A program made the position numbers and the translations under genes. From the NCBI RefSeq assembly GCF_009834535.1, contig NC_045696.1:75146001-75210000 (forward strand): a stretch of 64,000 nucleotides of DNA. Reading direction: 5' to 3'. Source of the DNA: Camelus ferus (taxonomy: Eukaryota). The number at the start of each line of letters is the position of its first letter. Position 1 is the first letter of the stretch. The notes beneath the pieces are model-generated. The model did not search any database, was not told the DNA's origin, and saw only the letters and a program-made list of their open reading frames with translations. Below, one piece after another: positions 14,249 to 25,899 of this stretch.

Positions 14249-14385
14249 CGTCCTTCCTCCCTCCCTCCCTTCTTTCCTTCCTTCCTTCTTTCTCTTTCTT
14301 CCTTCCTCCTTCTCTCCCTTCCTCCCTCTCTCTTTCTATCTTGCTTTCCTCCTTTCTTTCTTCCTTCCTTTCTTTTTTTTCCTTG
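14249..14385. repeat. (CCTT)n/CT-rich simple repeat
   Basis: Directly visible polypyrimidine tract. Confidence 0.9.
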
Positions 14386-15189
14386 GGTCTTTAGAGTAGG
14401 AGAAGGTAACTGGTACTGCCTCCAAAAGTGATTTTTCCAGAGGCAATAAATTAATCTGGTAAACCACTGCTAGAAGTATCTCACCCCTCCTTCTCTGGGA
14501 GAATTGCTGGGTTTTTCAGAGGGCTTTTTGAGGGACCTCCTGCTGACACTGAAGACTTCTCTCTGTTGTAGCATCTTTTGTGAAACTCTCTGAGTGTGCC
14601 AGAAAGATCCAAGAGTTTAAAGATCATCTGTGCCTCCAAAGTCACTAGGGGTTCTACTTAATTTTTCTTTCTTTTACGCCTGCATTGCCATCTTTCTTTA
14701 GAAAAGAACTCTCAGCTTATGTGTAGCCAGCCTCTCTGGAGGGTTCTAGAGGAGCATGAAAGAGGTCTTCAGTGCTTGAAAGCCCATCGAGTGGAGGAGG
14801 CTTTAACATATTTGAAATACAGCTCTGAGTGATAGTACCAGGATAAGTAGGCAAAAAAATATCAGGAGGCAAACATTTTCCTCCGTGTACATTCTGCAGG
14901 TCTGTGGAATGCTGATGGGTACCAGGGTTGGTGTGTGGAAGGCTTCAGGGTTAATGAAATTAGAAAATGCTGTGTTAATGCTGTTAAACATCAAAGCTAA
15001 TGAGTGTTGTAAATATCTAAGAGGAGTGTATAGTGTATGCTTATTTGACCACGGAATGTTTTTCATGGAGCAGGTTAAAGGACAGATGCTCCTCATACAC
15101 CAAGAAAGTTAGGCTCTGCTGCCTAACATGAGAATAAGTTTTACTGTTGTAAGTTAGAAGCCTTAGTAGTGAGTCCACATCTTGATTAA

Positions 15190-15428
15190 CTTTAATCAAG
15201 TCCAGTTTATAGATTTTTTCATAGATCATGTCTTTGGTATTGTCTCTAAAAGTCATGGCTGTACCCAAGGCCATCTAGGTATTCTCCTGTATTATCTTAT
15301 AGGAGTTTTATGGTATTGTGTTTTACAGTTAGGTCAATGATAGATTTTGAGTACATTTTTGTGAAGGGTGTCTAATTTATCTTCTTTGCATTCTGATGTC
15401 CAGTTGTTCAAGCACCATTTGTGGAAAG
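15190..15428 (-). mobile_element. Old L1 ORF2 fragment (L1MB/MC-like)
   Basis: gatcatgtctttggtattgtctctaaaag...gatgtccagttgttcaagcaccatttgtggaaag. Confidence 0.75.
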
Positions 15429-15459
15429 TTATTACATTTTAAGAAAGATAGAAGCAATC

Positions 15460-15790
15460 TTAGTGCATTCAGAGGAAAGAGACCAAGACAGTGAAGGGAA
15501 TTTTGTGCTATAGGGAAGGAAGCTTAGGTTTCATGAAGTGCTGAAACTTGTGAAGAGAAAATAATCAGGAGACAAATATCTGTCTTTAATGTTGGAGGAA
15601 TCGTCAGATGCATCAGTGATTAGACTCTTATGGCCTCAATGGGTGGAATTTGACCAACAGGTAGAAGGAAATAGGTTGTAGCTCCTTTTCAAATTTTTCT
15701 GAAAGCCAAAGATCTCCAGAAATGGAATGGGTTGGCACAAGTGGGAGTGAATTCTCTGTTACTAGGTGCCTCCATGGTATGTAGTTCAGC
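15460..15790 (+). mobile_element. L3/CR1 LINE 3' fragment
   Basis: gcattcagaggaaagagaccaagacagtgaaggg...cagaaatggaatgggttggcacaagtgggagtgaattctctgttactagg resembles the L3 3' end. Confidence 0.5.
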
Positions 15791-18099
15791 TTTGGGAAAT
15801 AAAAGGACATCTCTTCTAATTTTGATACCCTGAGCTCTTAAGCCTTGCATAGATGCACTAATCAATCCTTGTAAATGCACAGCAGTGAAGGAGAAGGGCA
15901 GCCTAAGTTAGACATGTTTTAGAGTAACTTGGAAACAATACTGGGAAACAAACAAACAAACAAGTCACCATCAGGGCAGGTATATGAGCTTATTCATGGA
16001 GATGGTCTGACTTTGCTGCGGATTTTACCAGAAGGCTATCTGCTCACTTTATAGCTGTCCACTAACCCATAGCTGTAGATAATCTTGGAGATAGATGTGT
16101 TTAGACCTTTTGGGGCATGTGAGCCAGGGTCTGGAAGTGCCACCTAGAGGACTGCTCTGCTATGTAGCCATATGTCTAGGTGTCCTGTGTCTTCTGCATA
16201 TGACTGTCAGGATATCACAGCCTGGAATAACTTAATTGAACCTTCAACTTAAAAAAAAAGGTAAATACATACTAAGCATCTGTTACATGCCAGGCAGGCA
16301 CTTTATTGAAGCTGGTCATGTTTCATAGAGTGATATAGAGAACAATTTTCACTCATTTCTTTGGAAAAGATTTTCAATTTAGTATACCAAAGATTTCTAT
16401 TCACTGGCTATTCTAAACCTAAGGATTTTGTTCCTTCAACTGAGGAATTCCATAGAACCCTGATGTACTTCAGAAATGTCTCTTTTGTAAATAATCATGA
16501 GGGAAAGAGGCTAGGAAAACATGTCTAGTTCCTAGTTGGGAACACTGAGATAAGACTAATTTTTCTAAAATTGGCTGCATTAATTTATAGTCTTATACAA
16601 TAAATTGAAACCATACAATTGAAAACCATATTTGCTAATGTTTGGTAGTGTGGAAGGACGATTAGCTACTTAAATCATTCTCTATGCTTTAAATAAGCAT
16701 GGTCTGCATATTCATCATAGGCCATGAGTGACACTCCAAAGATGTTGGAGCTAAAGTTGAAAAGCATGTTGATTGTTATGGGACCAACTGTCTTCCTGGG
16801 TGAGGATCAGAATGATAATAAGTTTAATTTATTAATTTACCCAGAAATTAATTCCAGGATATAGTCTTTTCAAATATGCTTTTCCCCTTCTTCCCTCCCT
16901 TCTTCTCTATGATAAAATTGGCATCAGCCAACATTTCTCTATTTTTTATTGTTTGCCACAAAGCTCAGAACTAAATTTAATACTTAGTGACAGAAAGTAT
17001 CACTCATTCATAATTCCTCGTTCACTGTTCTCTCATCTATTTAATGATCAATGATCATTATTTTATGTCTATTTCAGCTATTTGGCCTCATATACATCTT
17101 TATATATTGCTTCAAATTATTTTTTAGAAATGGGCAGAATCTACATGCAATATACATGGTACATAAAAATGAAGGCCAGAAGGCACCATTAATAGATGAA
17201 ACTGTTGGCATTTCACAAGTATTTTTGAAAGTCTTAAGCTTTGCATTTCACCCCAGAGAATCAGGATCTATCATAAGGAGACATCTAGTATGAAAATATT
17301 AAACATGACTTAAAAAAGGATGGGTGCCATCTGCTTAATGTTTTCATACTGATTAGAATTTTCCTCTACTGAGAGAGTTTTTCTGAAATAAATACAAAGC
17401 TTCTCCTTGCCAGTCTCCTCAGCCACCACAATAACCAGAAATAATTATATAATTGTACATAGATCTTCAAATTCCGAGACCTGATACATCCTGCACAGGG
17501 CTAGAGATGTTGGAGGGGCATACGGAATATGAGAGAGAACTGATGTTTGTGTCAGCTAGGCGGAGGCTGGCTCAATGCATGCAGCAGAGAAGGTTGATGG
17601 AATGAACCTGGTCAAAGCTGTACTGCCAGAGAAGAGATTCAGCAGGTGCTTTGGAGTGCTGATATCAAACTTGGCTGTGCACTGGAATCACCTGGGAAGC
17701 TTTAAAAACTACTGAAGCCTGGATAAGTGTGCAGAGGTCAGTGGTTTTTAATTTTTGTTTATTTCTGTGTTTTGTTTTTTTGGGTAGATGATTTTCTCTG
17801 CAGAAGAACTGTCTAAATCATCACTAGCTTCTGGAGGATGTGGGGTTGCCTTCCAAAGGGCTTAGGAGTGGAGGGAAGCTGAGCTTTTTTTCCTTTAGAA
17901 AGACACTGGTGACTAGTACTCATGTAACTGCTCTAGGTGACTGTTCTATTTTCATTTGAACAATGTAGCTTTAGCGTAGCCTCTTACTTGTCCATCAGAG
18001 ACAGATATTGTGTCCATAGGAGGAACAAATATATTTACTTATTTCAAATGACACTTTCACAATCAATACATATTGCCCTGTGATGAGACATGCAGGACC

Positions 18100-18290
18100 C
18101 AGAATTGATTGTCTAGTTTTGAATGCTTTCTCCACTGCTTACTAGCAGTGTCTCTGGGCAAGTTACTTAACCTCTTTAACTGTAGGATGCATATTAGCAA
18201 TATCAACCTCTTAGGTTTTTCTTTTAACTATGAAATGATATAATGTAGGTAAACAATGTAGAAGGTGGCCTGGGATATAGTAAACACTAG
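18100..18290 (+). mobile_element. MIR SINE
   Basis: ctccactgcttactagcagtgtctctgggcaagttacttaacctct...cctgggatatagtaaacact. Confidence 0.75.
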
Positions 18291-18292
18291 GT

Positions 18293-18483
18293 CAGTGGGT
18301 TTCAAACTGTGGTCCCTCCACCAGAAGCATCAGTGTCCTCTAGGGACTTGTTAGATATGGAAATTCTCTGTTCCCATCACAGATTTACTGATTCAGAAAT
18401 ACTAGGGGGTGGGGCCTGGAAATCTGTGTTTTAACAAGCTCTCTAAGAGATTCTGATGTTGACTAAAATTTTGGAGCCACCTG
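18293..18483. mobile_element. MER5A, near full length
   Basis: cagtgggtttcaaactgtggtccc...aatctgtgttttaacaagctctctaagagattctgatg...ttggagccacctg, ~190 bp with decayed terminal inverted repeats. Confidence 0.85.
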
Positions 18484-19825
18484 TGTTAAAGATTATTGTG
18501 GTTATTTAATTAATTCCCACCAGCACATATTTCAAATGGCAAACTCATTCTGGTAGTTATTACACTATCTAAAAAGAAACATCCTCTTGTAACTAATTAA
18601 ACTAATTACATTTAAATAGTCAAATTATTCTCCTTGATTCATAATTCAAGCAATAGCTTTAAAATGATTTGTTTATAATTATCACCTCCATCACTGAAAC
18701 ATCACTACAAAGTTTTCAAACTGGAATATACCAATCTAGGACAAAAAATTTCAGCCTTCCTCTGGGATACAGATTTTGAAAATCTTAGGAACAAGGGTAG
18801 CTGTCCTGGATTGTGAAGCAATGGGCTTGACTAGAGCCCTCCAAATTGTGATAAATCAGGCTGACCAGGTGGGATGACACTATTTATGAAAAACCCTGAA
18901 AGTCAGAAAAATTAAGCTTGATCTAGTAAAAATTGGTAAGGACTATTGAACTTTTTTGAATGTGGGAGTGATGCAGTGAATGGAAAGTGGAAAGGTTGAA
19001 TTGTAGTGAGGAGGGCTGGGTACCCAAGGCCAGTGTCCTAGAGCTGGCTAAGCTGAGAGATGTGGAGATGCCAGAGGTCTTAGGTTGTAGAGATGGGGAA
19101 GAGACTGGGAGAGAAAACTCACTGGTCTTTGCCTGTGACTATATGTCACATTACAATACAAGCAGTGGCAGGCCCAGGCCCAGGGATGTCATCTAGTGGG
19201 GGTTGTGGAGCTATAGGATTCCTGAAGGCAGGCTAAGCAATTGCTTTATATTTCCAGGTGATCTTTCTTCATTGGCTAGTGTGTGGAGGCACAGGCTGAC
19301 AAGACAAAACAAGTCATCTGGACATCTTCAAATGTTCTGAGATTGGGAGAAAAATGTTAGTTCAGAAGCATGTATTTTCCAGGATTTGTACCAACTGTAC
19401 TAGATATGGACCTTAAAGCCAACAATTGATCTGGATTCTAGTGTCCTAAGCTGAGTGTGTGTGAGACACTCTGAGAATGGATTTTTTTTCTCAGGGAAGT
19501 CTGAGTCTTCCTCATTCTAAGTGGGAACCAGGTTGACTTCCACCTCTTGGGGAACTCTTGCTTAAAAGTGTCTAGGTTCTCAGAGTCAGTTGCCCTTTTT
19601 TATCATAGGACCTGGAGCTGTTGGGTGTTGAGTGTCACAGAATTTAATTTTTGCCAAAGTCAATGTAGCATGGAAGTTTTTCCTCCAGTGTAGCTTTTAT
19701 GATGGGGGTAGGGAAGCAGACCCAAGATTTTTAGGGAATGCCTTACTTTGGTAAACTTAGAGCACTGTGATCGTCTATTTGTGGGAAGATTTGAGCATTA
19801 GAACCTAAGTAAGTCTGGGAAGTCA

Positions 19826-20529
19826 CTCGTAGGTTGGTCTACTAAGGCAAAAGAAATAAAAAGCAAAAATAAACAAACGGGACCCAATTAAACTTACAAG
19901 CTTTTGCACAGCAGAGGAAACTATAAACAAAACAAAAAGACAATCTACGGAATGTGAGAAAATATTTGCAAATGATGCAACTGACAAGGACTTAATTTCC
20001 AGAATATACAAACAGCTCATACAACTCATTATCAAAAAACAAACAACTTAATCCAAAAATGGGCAGAAGACCTAAACAGACATTGACATTTCTCCAATAA
20101 AGACATGGAGATGGCCAATAGGACATGAAAAAATGCTCAATATCTCTAATTATCGGAGAAATACAAATCAAAACTACAATGAAGTATCACCTTACACTGG
20201 TCAGAATGGCCATCATTAAAAAGTCCACAAATGATAAATACTGGAGAGGGTGTGGAGAAAAGGAAACCCTCCTACACTGCTGGTGGGAATGTAATTTGGC
20301 ACAAGCACTATAGAAAACAGTATGGAGATTCCTTAAAAAATGAAAAGCAAACTTACCATATGATCCAGCAATCCCACTCCTGGGCATATATCTGGAGGAA
20401 ACTCTAATTCGAAAGATACATGCACCCCAAAGAAGGATATACATGTTCATAGCAACACTATTTATAATGACAGCCAAGACATGGAAGCAACCTAAACATC
20501 CATCAACTGATGACTGGGTAATGAAGATG

Positions 20530-20565
<36 letters not shown>

Positions 20566-21059
20566 ACACACACACACACAATGGAATACTACTCAGCCGT
20601 AAAAATGAAATAATGCCATTTTCAGCAACATGGATGAACCTAGAAATTATCATACTAAATGCAGTGAGTCAGAAAGGGGAAGACAAATACCATATGATAT
20701 CATTTATATGTGGAATTAAAAAAAAAAAAAAAGACACAAATGAACTTATTTACAAAACAGAAACAGACTCACAGACATAGAAAACAAACTTACGCTTCCC
20801 AGGGGGGAAAAGGGGTAGGAAGGGATAAATTGGGAGTTCGGGATTTGCAGGTACTAACTACTATATAAAACAGATAAACAACAAGGTCCTACTGTATAGC
20901 ACAGGGAACTATATTCAATACATTGTAATAGCCTACAATGAAAAAGAATATATGTATATCTTTTATATTTTCTTTATATATATATGTATAACTGAATCAC
21001 TATGCTGTACATCAGACACTAGCACAACATTGTAAATAAACTATACTTCAATAAAAAAA
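19826..21059 (+). mobile_element. 5'-truncated cetartiodactyl-type L1 (ORF2 C-terminus, 3' UTR, poly-A)
   Basis: ORF2 peptide [45 protein letters not shown] plus A tail; 15-bp TSD aagtctgggaagtca (19811-19825) / aaatctgggaaatca (21060-21074). Confidence 0.95.
20533..20580. repeat. (TG)15 TA (CA)8 compound microsatellite
   Basis: Directly visible inside the L1. Confidence 0.95.
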
Positions 21060-21649
21060 AAATCTGGGAAATCATTTAAATTATGCTTCAAGTTGCCCTG
21101 ATTTAGAGTGCACTCAGGTTTTGGTAGGTGAGATTGCCCAAGGTCACCAGGATTGCCTCCATCTATGAGTTTCATTTCTCAAACAGAGAAAACCATCAGG
21201 CAGCAAGGATAATGGAGATCGCTCTCACTCTCTCCTCCTTTCTCTCCTTTTCTCCCTTTCCCTCCTTATCTTTCTCTCTCGCTCTCTCTCTCCACTCTGT
21301 TTAGACAAGGACTATACAATCTTAGTTTGTGATGAAGATACTTCTGTCAGAATATAGAAATAATTTCTTTTTAAAACTTTAGCTTTTAGAACTCTATTAA
21401 AAAAAAGCATGAGATCCTTTAGATAATAATCTAAGTTAATGTTTTAGTTAAAAAAAACAGTTTCAGTGAAACAGGTGAGTCTGAATATAGGGCTAGTTCA
21501 GTGCCACCTGCCAAGGTATTATTGACCTTTTGTGTCCGGCTCCAACAAGGGTCCTCCTGCCTGGTGTCTGCTTGTGCCAACAGAACAACCCCAAGTTCGG
21601 TTCTGAAGCAAAGGAAAGCTCTCTTTTTGGATCAGAGAATGGAGATGTG

Positions 21650-21960
21650 CGAGTTCAAGCTCTGCAGCACACGCTCCGGTGATAGGCCATGGGCAGGCTG
21701 CTTTACCGGGTTCTCCGCAGCGGGGAGAGGCGGAGTTCTCGCGAGGCTCCTGGAGCTCCCGCGGCTGAGCGGCTCCCTCGCTCCAGGTCGCAGTGCCGGG
21801 CGCAGCGCCTCTGCACACGCCCCGGCGGGCCGGCGCCATCTTGAATTGCGGAGCCCTGTGCAGAAGCGCTGCGTGTTGACGGGTCAGGCTGCCGCCACTC
21901 CTTGAGGAACTCTGGTCAGAAGCGTCGGGTGTGAGGCCTATGCACGCGGTACCCTGTGAA
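21650..21960. promoter_or_regulatory. Small CpG island, probable promoter of an unidentified transcript
   Basis: Only CpG-dense non-repeat segment in the window; YY1 motif GGCGCCATCTT (21832-21842); BANP/ZBTB33-type TCTCGCGAGG (21737-21746). Confidence 0.7.
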
Positions 21961-23649
21961 CGAGGGAAACAAAGCGGAGAGGAAAAGAAAAAGGTTAGAC
22001 TTTATTACCCTGGATTCTGTTTTTATTCTCAGGGATTCTACCAGCCGTTCTCGCAGCTCCCACCTAATGAGATAAGTATCAGGGTCTTTTGATGCAGAGG
22101 CACAATGTGGAGGTAGAAACCCCTTTTCAAGAGGATAATGAAAGGATGAAGATGGGCAGTTTTCTTTTTTTCCTGATTCATTCTTCTTAGTAATATAATA
22201 GCTGAAAGGCCCCCCTTATTATTCAGAAAAGTCAGAATGTTACAAGTGAGAGAGGATCTTGAAAGAGCGTACTCTCACTAGGAAGAAAAGAGCAACTGGT
22301 TGTTTCGGAGGTGTGTGCGCGCGCGCGCTGTGGAGAGCGAGCGAGCGTGCGACTGTGTGCATAGGGGGCCTCAGGTATTAAGCATTTTACAAAGTGTGGG
22401 CACAGCTGGTGCTTGGGGATTGAGTCATGTGATCTCTGAAACATAAAATAATCCTTCTCTGTGCATCTACTTTGTAATTACGGCCTGTCAAATTTTATTC
22501 TGGTGTTTTAGAAATAAGTACCCGGCCGGAGCCATTTAACCCTTTCCATGCCTTCGAGCTGTTCCATGTGCGTCGACTCAGATGTCACCCTGAGCTGTTG
22601 AAACCTGCCTCTGTTGCATTATATTATGTAACCTTTCATTTCACACAGGTCAACACTTGGCTTTTAAGTGGTAGTAAATTTCAGGCACTACTGATTCAGG
22701 CTGGGCAGCTAGAGGTGAAAGGCTTTATCTCCCTGGAATTTTTGTGAAATAGTCACTCAGAAAGCAATTCTGAATCTTTTACACAAAGCAAAAAGATTAA
22801 TGCTGTTCCTGAGGTGACATAAAAGAGATACATCTGCCTCACAAAACTAGTAGCTTTTTCAGTGTCTCATTCTGTTAATGGAGGTTACTCTGAGTTGTTG
22901 GCTGTGTCCTCTGGTCTTTTGGAAGCTTGGCCAACGGACAGGTAAATGTTATTTAGTCTTGTCATTATTATTGTGAGTTTTTTCGATCAATTTTTGGATG
23001 GAGGAACATCAGTCTGTTAGGTTCATCTTTTCATATCAAAGCCTCAGTTGAAGTTTCTTAAGTTTATCACTACCTCAGATCTGCTGTTTAGTACTTACCT
23101 AGCATTCCTTGTTTGGAATTATCAATCCAATTCTAGAAAAAGTGTGAATTACGGAAAAAAGTGTGAATTCTAGAAAAAGTGTGAATTACCTCCTACCATC
23201 TTCTCCTTTTTGCAGAGTCTCTAATACTCAAGATTCAGGGTAGCTTGGAAACATAAGGCTTCCTGGCCATAGGGCAGTCTAAAGTTATACTTTGAATTTC
23301 TTTAGGGAGAAGTCTACTCTCTCTAAATAACTCTATTTCATGACACTTCTTTGGTCTTGTTAACATTTTGAAACTATTTACCACCTCCTAAGAAGAAAGG
23401 AGAGAGGTTTGGGGATGAGCTAGCTCCCAGCTGAAGGATACCCTATATGGAAGCCTGGAACCAATGGAATGCAAAAAGTAGAAGCTATATGCCTGTTTTT
23501 TTTTTTTTTTAATGCCGTATGCCCTCATGCCCATACAAAACTTGGCAGGAATTATGACTGAAACCATTAAAAAATTGTGGAATGTATTTTTTTGTGTGCC
23601 AGTTGTTATGCTAAGTGATGGTATTGACAACATTGTGAGATTTATGGGA

Positions 23650-23840
23650 CAGTTATTACCTTCGTTTTATAGGTGAATATACTGGAGATAAGATACTGTA
23701 ATAAAAAAAGTACCCTCGCCCCCCCCCCCCAAGAGATGGATATACTGAAGATAAGAAAGATTAAGTGAATTACCCAAGGTTTCATGGCAACTAAGTGGCA
23801 AAGCTGGATCAGAAACCTGTTTCCTCTGACTACATGTCAA
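23650..23840 (-). mobile_element. MIR SINE with internal duplication
   Basis: ttattaccttcgttttataggtgaatatactg...agattaagtgaattacccaaggtttcatggcaactaagtggcaaagctggatcagaaacc. Confidence 0.7.
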
Positions 23841-25899
23841 GTTCTTATTTTGCACATTCAATAACATAATACAGGTCAACTTCTTGCTACTTAGTTCTGT
23901 CTCCTTACTCCTTTCCAGGTCCATGCTCCAGATCCTCCTTCCACCTGTCCCCCTCTTCAGGTCACAGTATAGATAACACTCTGTTGAATGTTATTTCTTT
24001 TGGGAATTCTTAGCTTTCCCAGACAAAGAAGTCTTTCTGTTACATGCTCTCAGTTCACCCTGCACTTTTCTTTCAGAATGTATATCACAGCTAATAATTA
24101 TCTGTGCAGTTATTTTCTAAGGCCTCTTTTACATACAAGACTTTATAGTCCATGAAAACATAGATCACTTCTGTCTTGTTCATCACTTCTCTAGCCCTTG
24201 GTGGAGGCAACATACCTAAAACCAGCTCAAAATCTATTCGTTAAATGAAGGAAGGAATAGATAGCACTCTCTGAGTATTAGTTGTTGTGTTATATTTATT
24301 ATTTTTGATAATTGAGTAAGATGCCTTGTGTGGATACTCAATGAGGTAGTTGAAGAACCTGTCAGAATAACAGGGTGACAACAGAAGTGTCAGGGTTAGT
24401 GATTTCTGAGCATGGCTTGAGGTTGATGTGATGGCACAAAGAGGGATAACATGTCCAAAGTGGAGTCTGGAGAGCAGGATGAAGGCAGAGCAAGTGAGCA
24501 CACTATGCCTTTGACCTACCTGCCAGTCACTTCTCAAGAACTTCTGAAAAAGAGTAGCCTTTCGACTGATAGCTTTGTTTTAAGGGAAAGAATCGATTCA
24601 TCTCTTAGCTTAGTATGTTAATAAAGAAAGACTTAGAGGCAACTTCAGTTACATAGTTTTTCTCCAAGTATTTTCCAGTTTATCCCATTGTTTTCTAGTG
24701 CTATTTAATGGCTTTCTACATTCTAAATCATAATTTATTTTTGAGCCAATGTCTTCATGTCTTACATACTTGAAGAATTCTTTCATATTTGTGTAAGGTT
24801 CTAGGGAGAGATTTTATTTTTCCCTCTCGGTTTTGCTACTTAGTTAAAGTCATGTGAGATAACCTCTGTTGTATTTTTATCAGGTCTGTTGCCCAGTATA
24901 TCAATTCTGTGGTTTTTGCAGGATCTAAGGTGAAGATAAAATAATCTAACCCAAGCTGCCTCTGATTGATGAGTCTGATTTGTAGATTGAAGTTTCATAC
25001 TAGAGAGATGTTAAGAATGTCAATTTTTAGAGTATTCAGACTAGCTAAAAGAACTATTGTAGCAGTGTTTTAATCCATTCTAGAAGATTGTCGTCAGTGA
25101 ATATTCAATGCTATGACAATACAGTAAAATATTTTAAACCAAGGAAATTTGATTTTACTGTACCAAAACCTATTTAAGACAATAAAAAGACAGCAGAAAC
25201 AATTTCTTTTTCTGTATAATAGGAAAATTATGGTTATAAGCAAGTAAGACTGAGGTAGTCAAGTATGTAACAGAACATGCAAGCACACAAATGGCTATTA
25301 AATACAAAGAGAAGTAATTAAAGCTAAAAAACAATTATTCTACTCATTCAAAGAAAGAATTAGGTAACCTACAGAAATCCACAAAATACAATTAGGTTTA
25401 AAAATAAACAAAAATGTTTCTATTCAATTTAGGACCAACATGAGAGTAGAGAGTTTTGTTAAGTTGTTTGATTAAGTAGTAATAGACTTTTATTTTTAAA
25501 TAGCAGAATCAAGTTTTTACTTTGATGGTGTCAGGCTTTTCTAGGTGCAGTGAAAGAAATGTACTATATCAGTATATGCTTGATTTAAGAATAGCCAATT
25601 TAGGAAGGATTTGCCCATGCAAACAAAGTCAACTTTTCCTCTTCATTTCCTTATAGAGACAGTGGCCCACTGGTCCCCATTTTCACTACTAGGAAAAAGA
25701 GTAAATGAACTGGAAAGATCTTTTATTATAAAAGCATAAAGATATAGAGTCCAGAAAGGCCAGCCCTAGCCCTGTCTTTCCCTGCTCTGCCCCTCCCACC
25801 AAAATGGTACTCAAATCTGTTTCTGGCAATTATTGATGCTGAAGTGAGTGAGGAACAGAGAATTAGAGAATCTGTTCCATTCGAAGTTTATTTCCCTTT

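Noticed and set aside
21501..21905. 134-aa (+) and 106-aa (-) ORFs over the CpG island
   Set aside because: Expected from high GC content, with no recognisable domain; not called as CDS.
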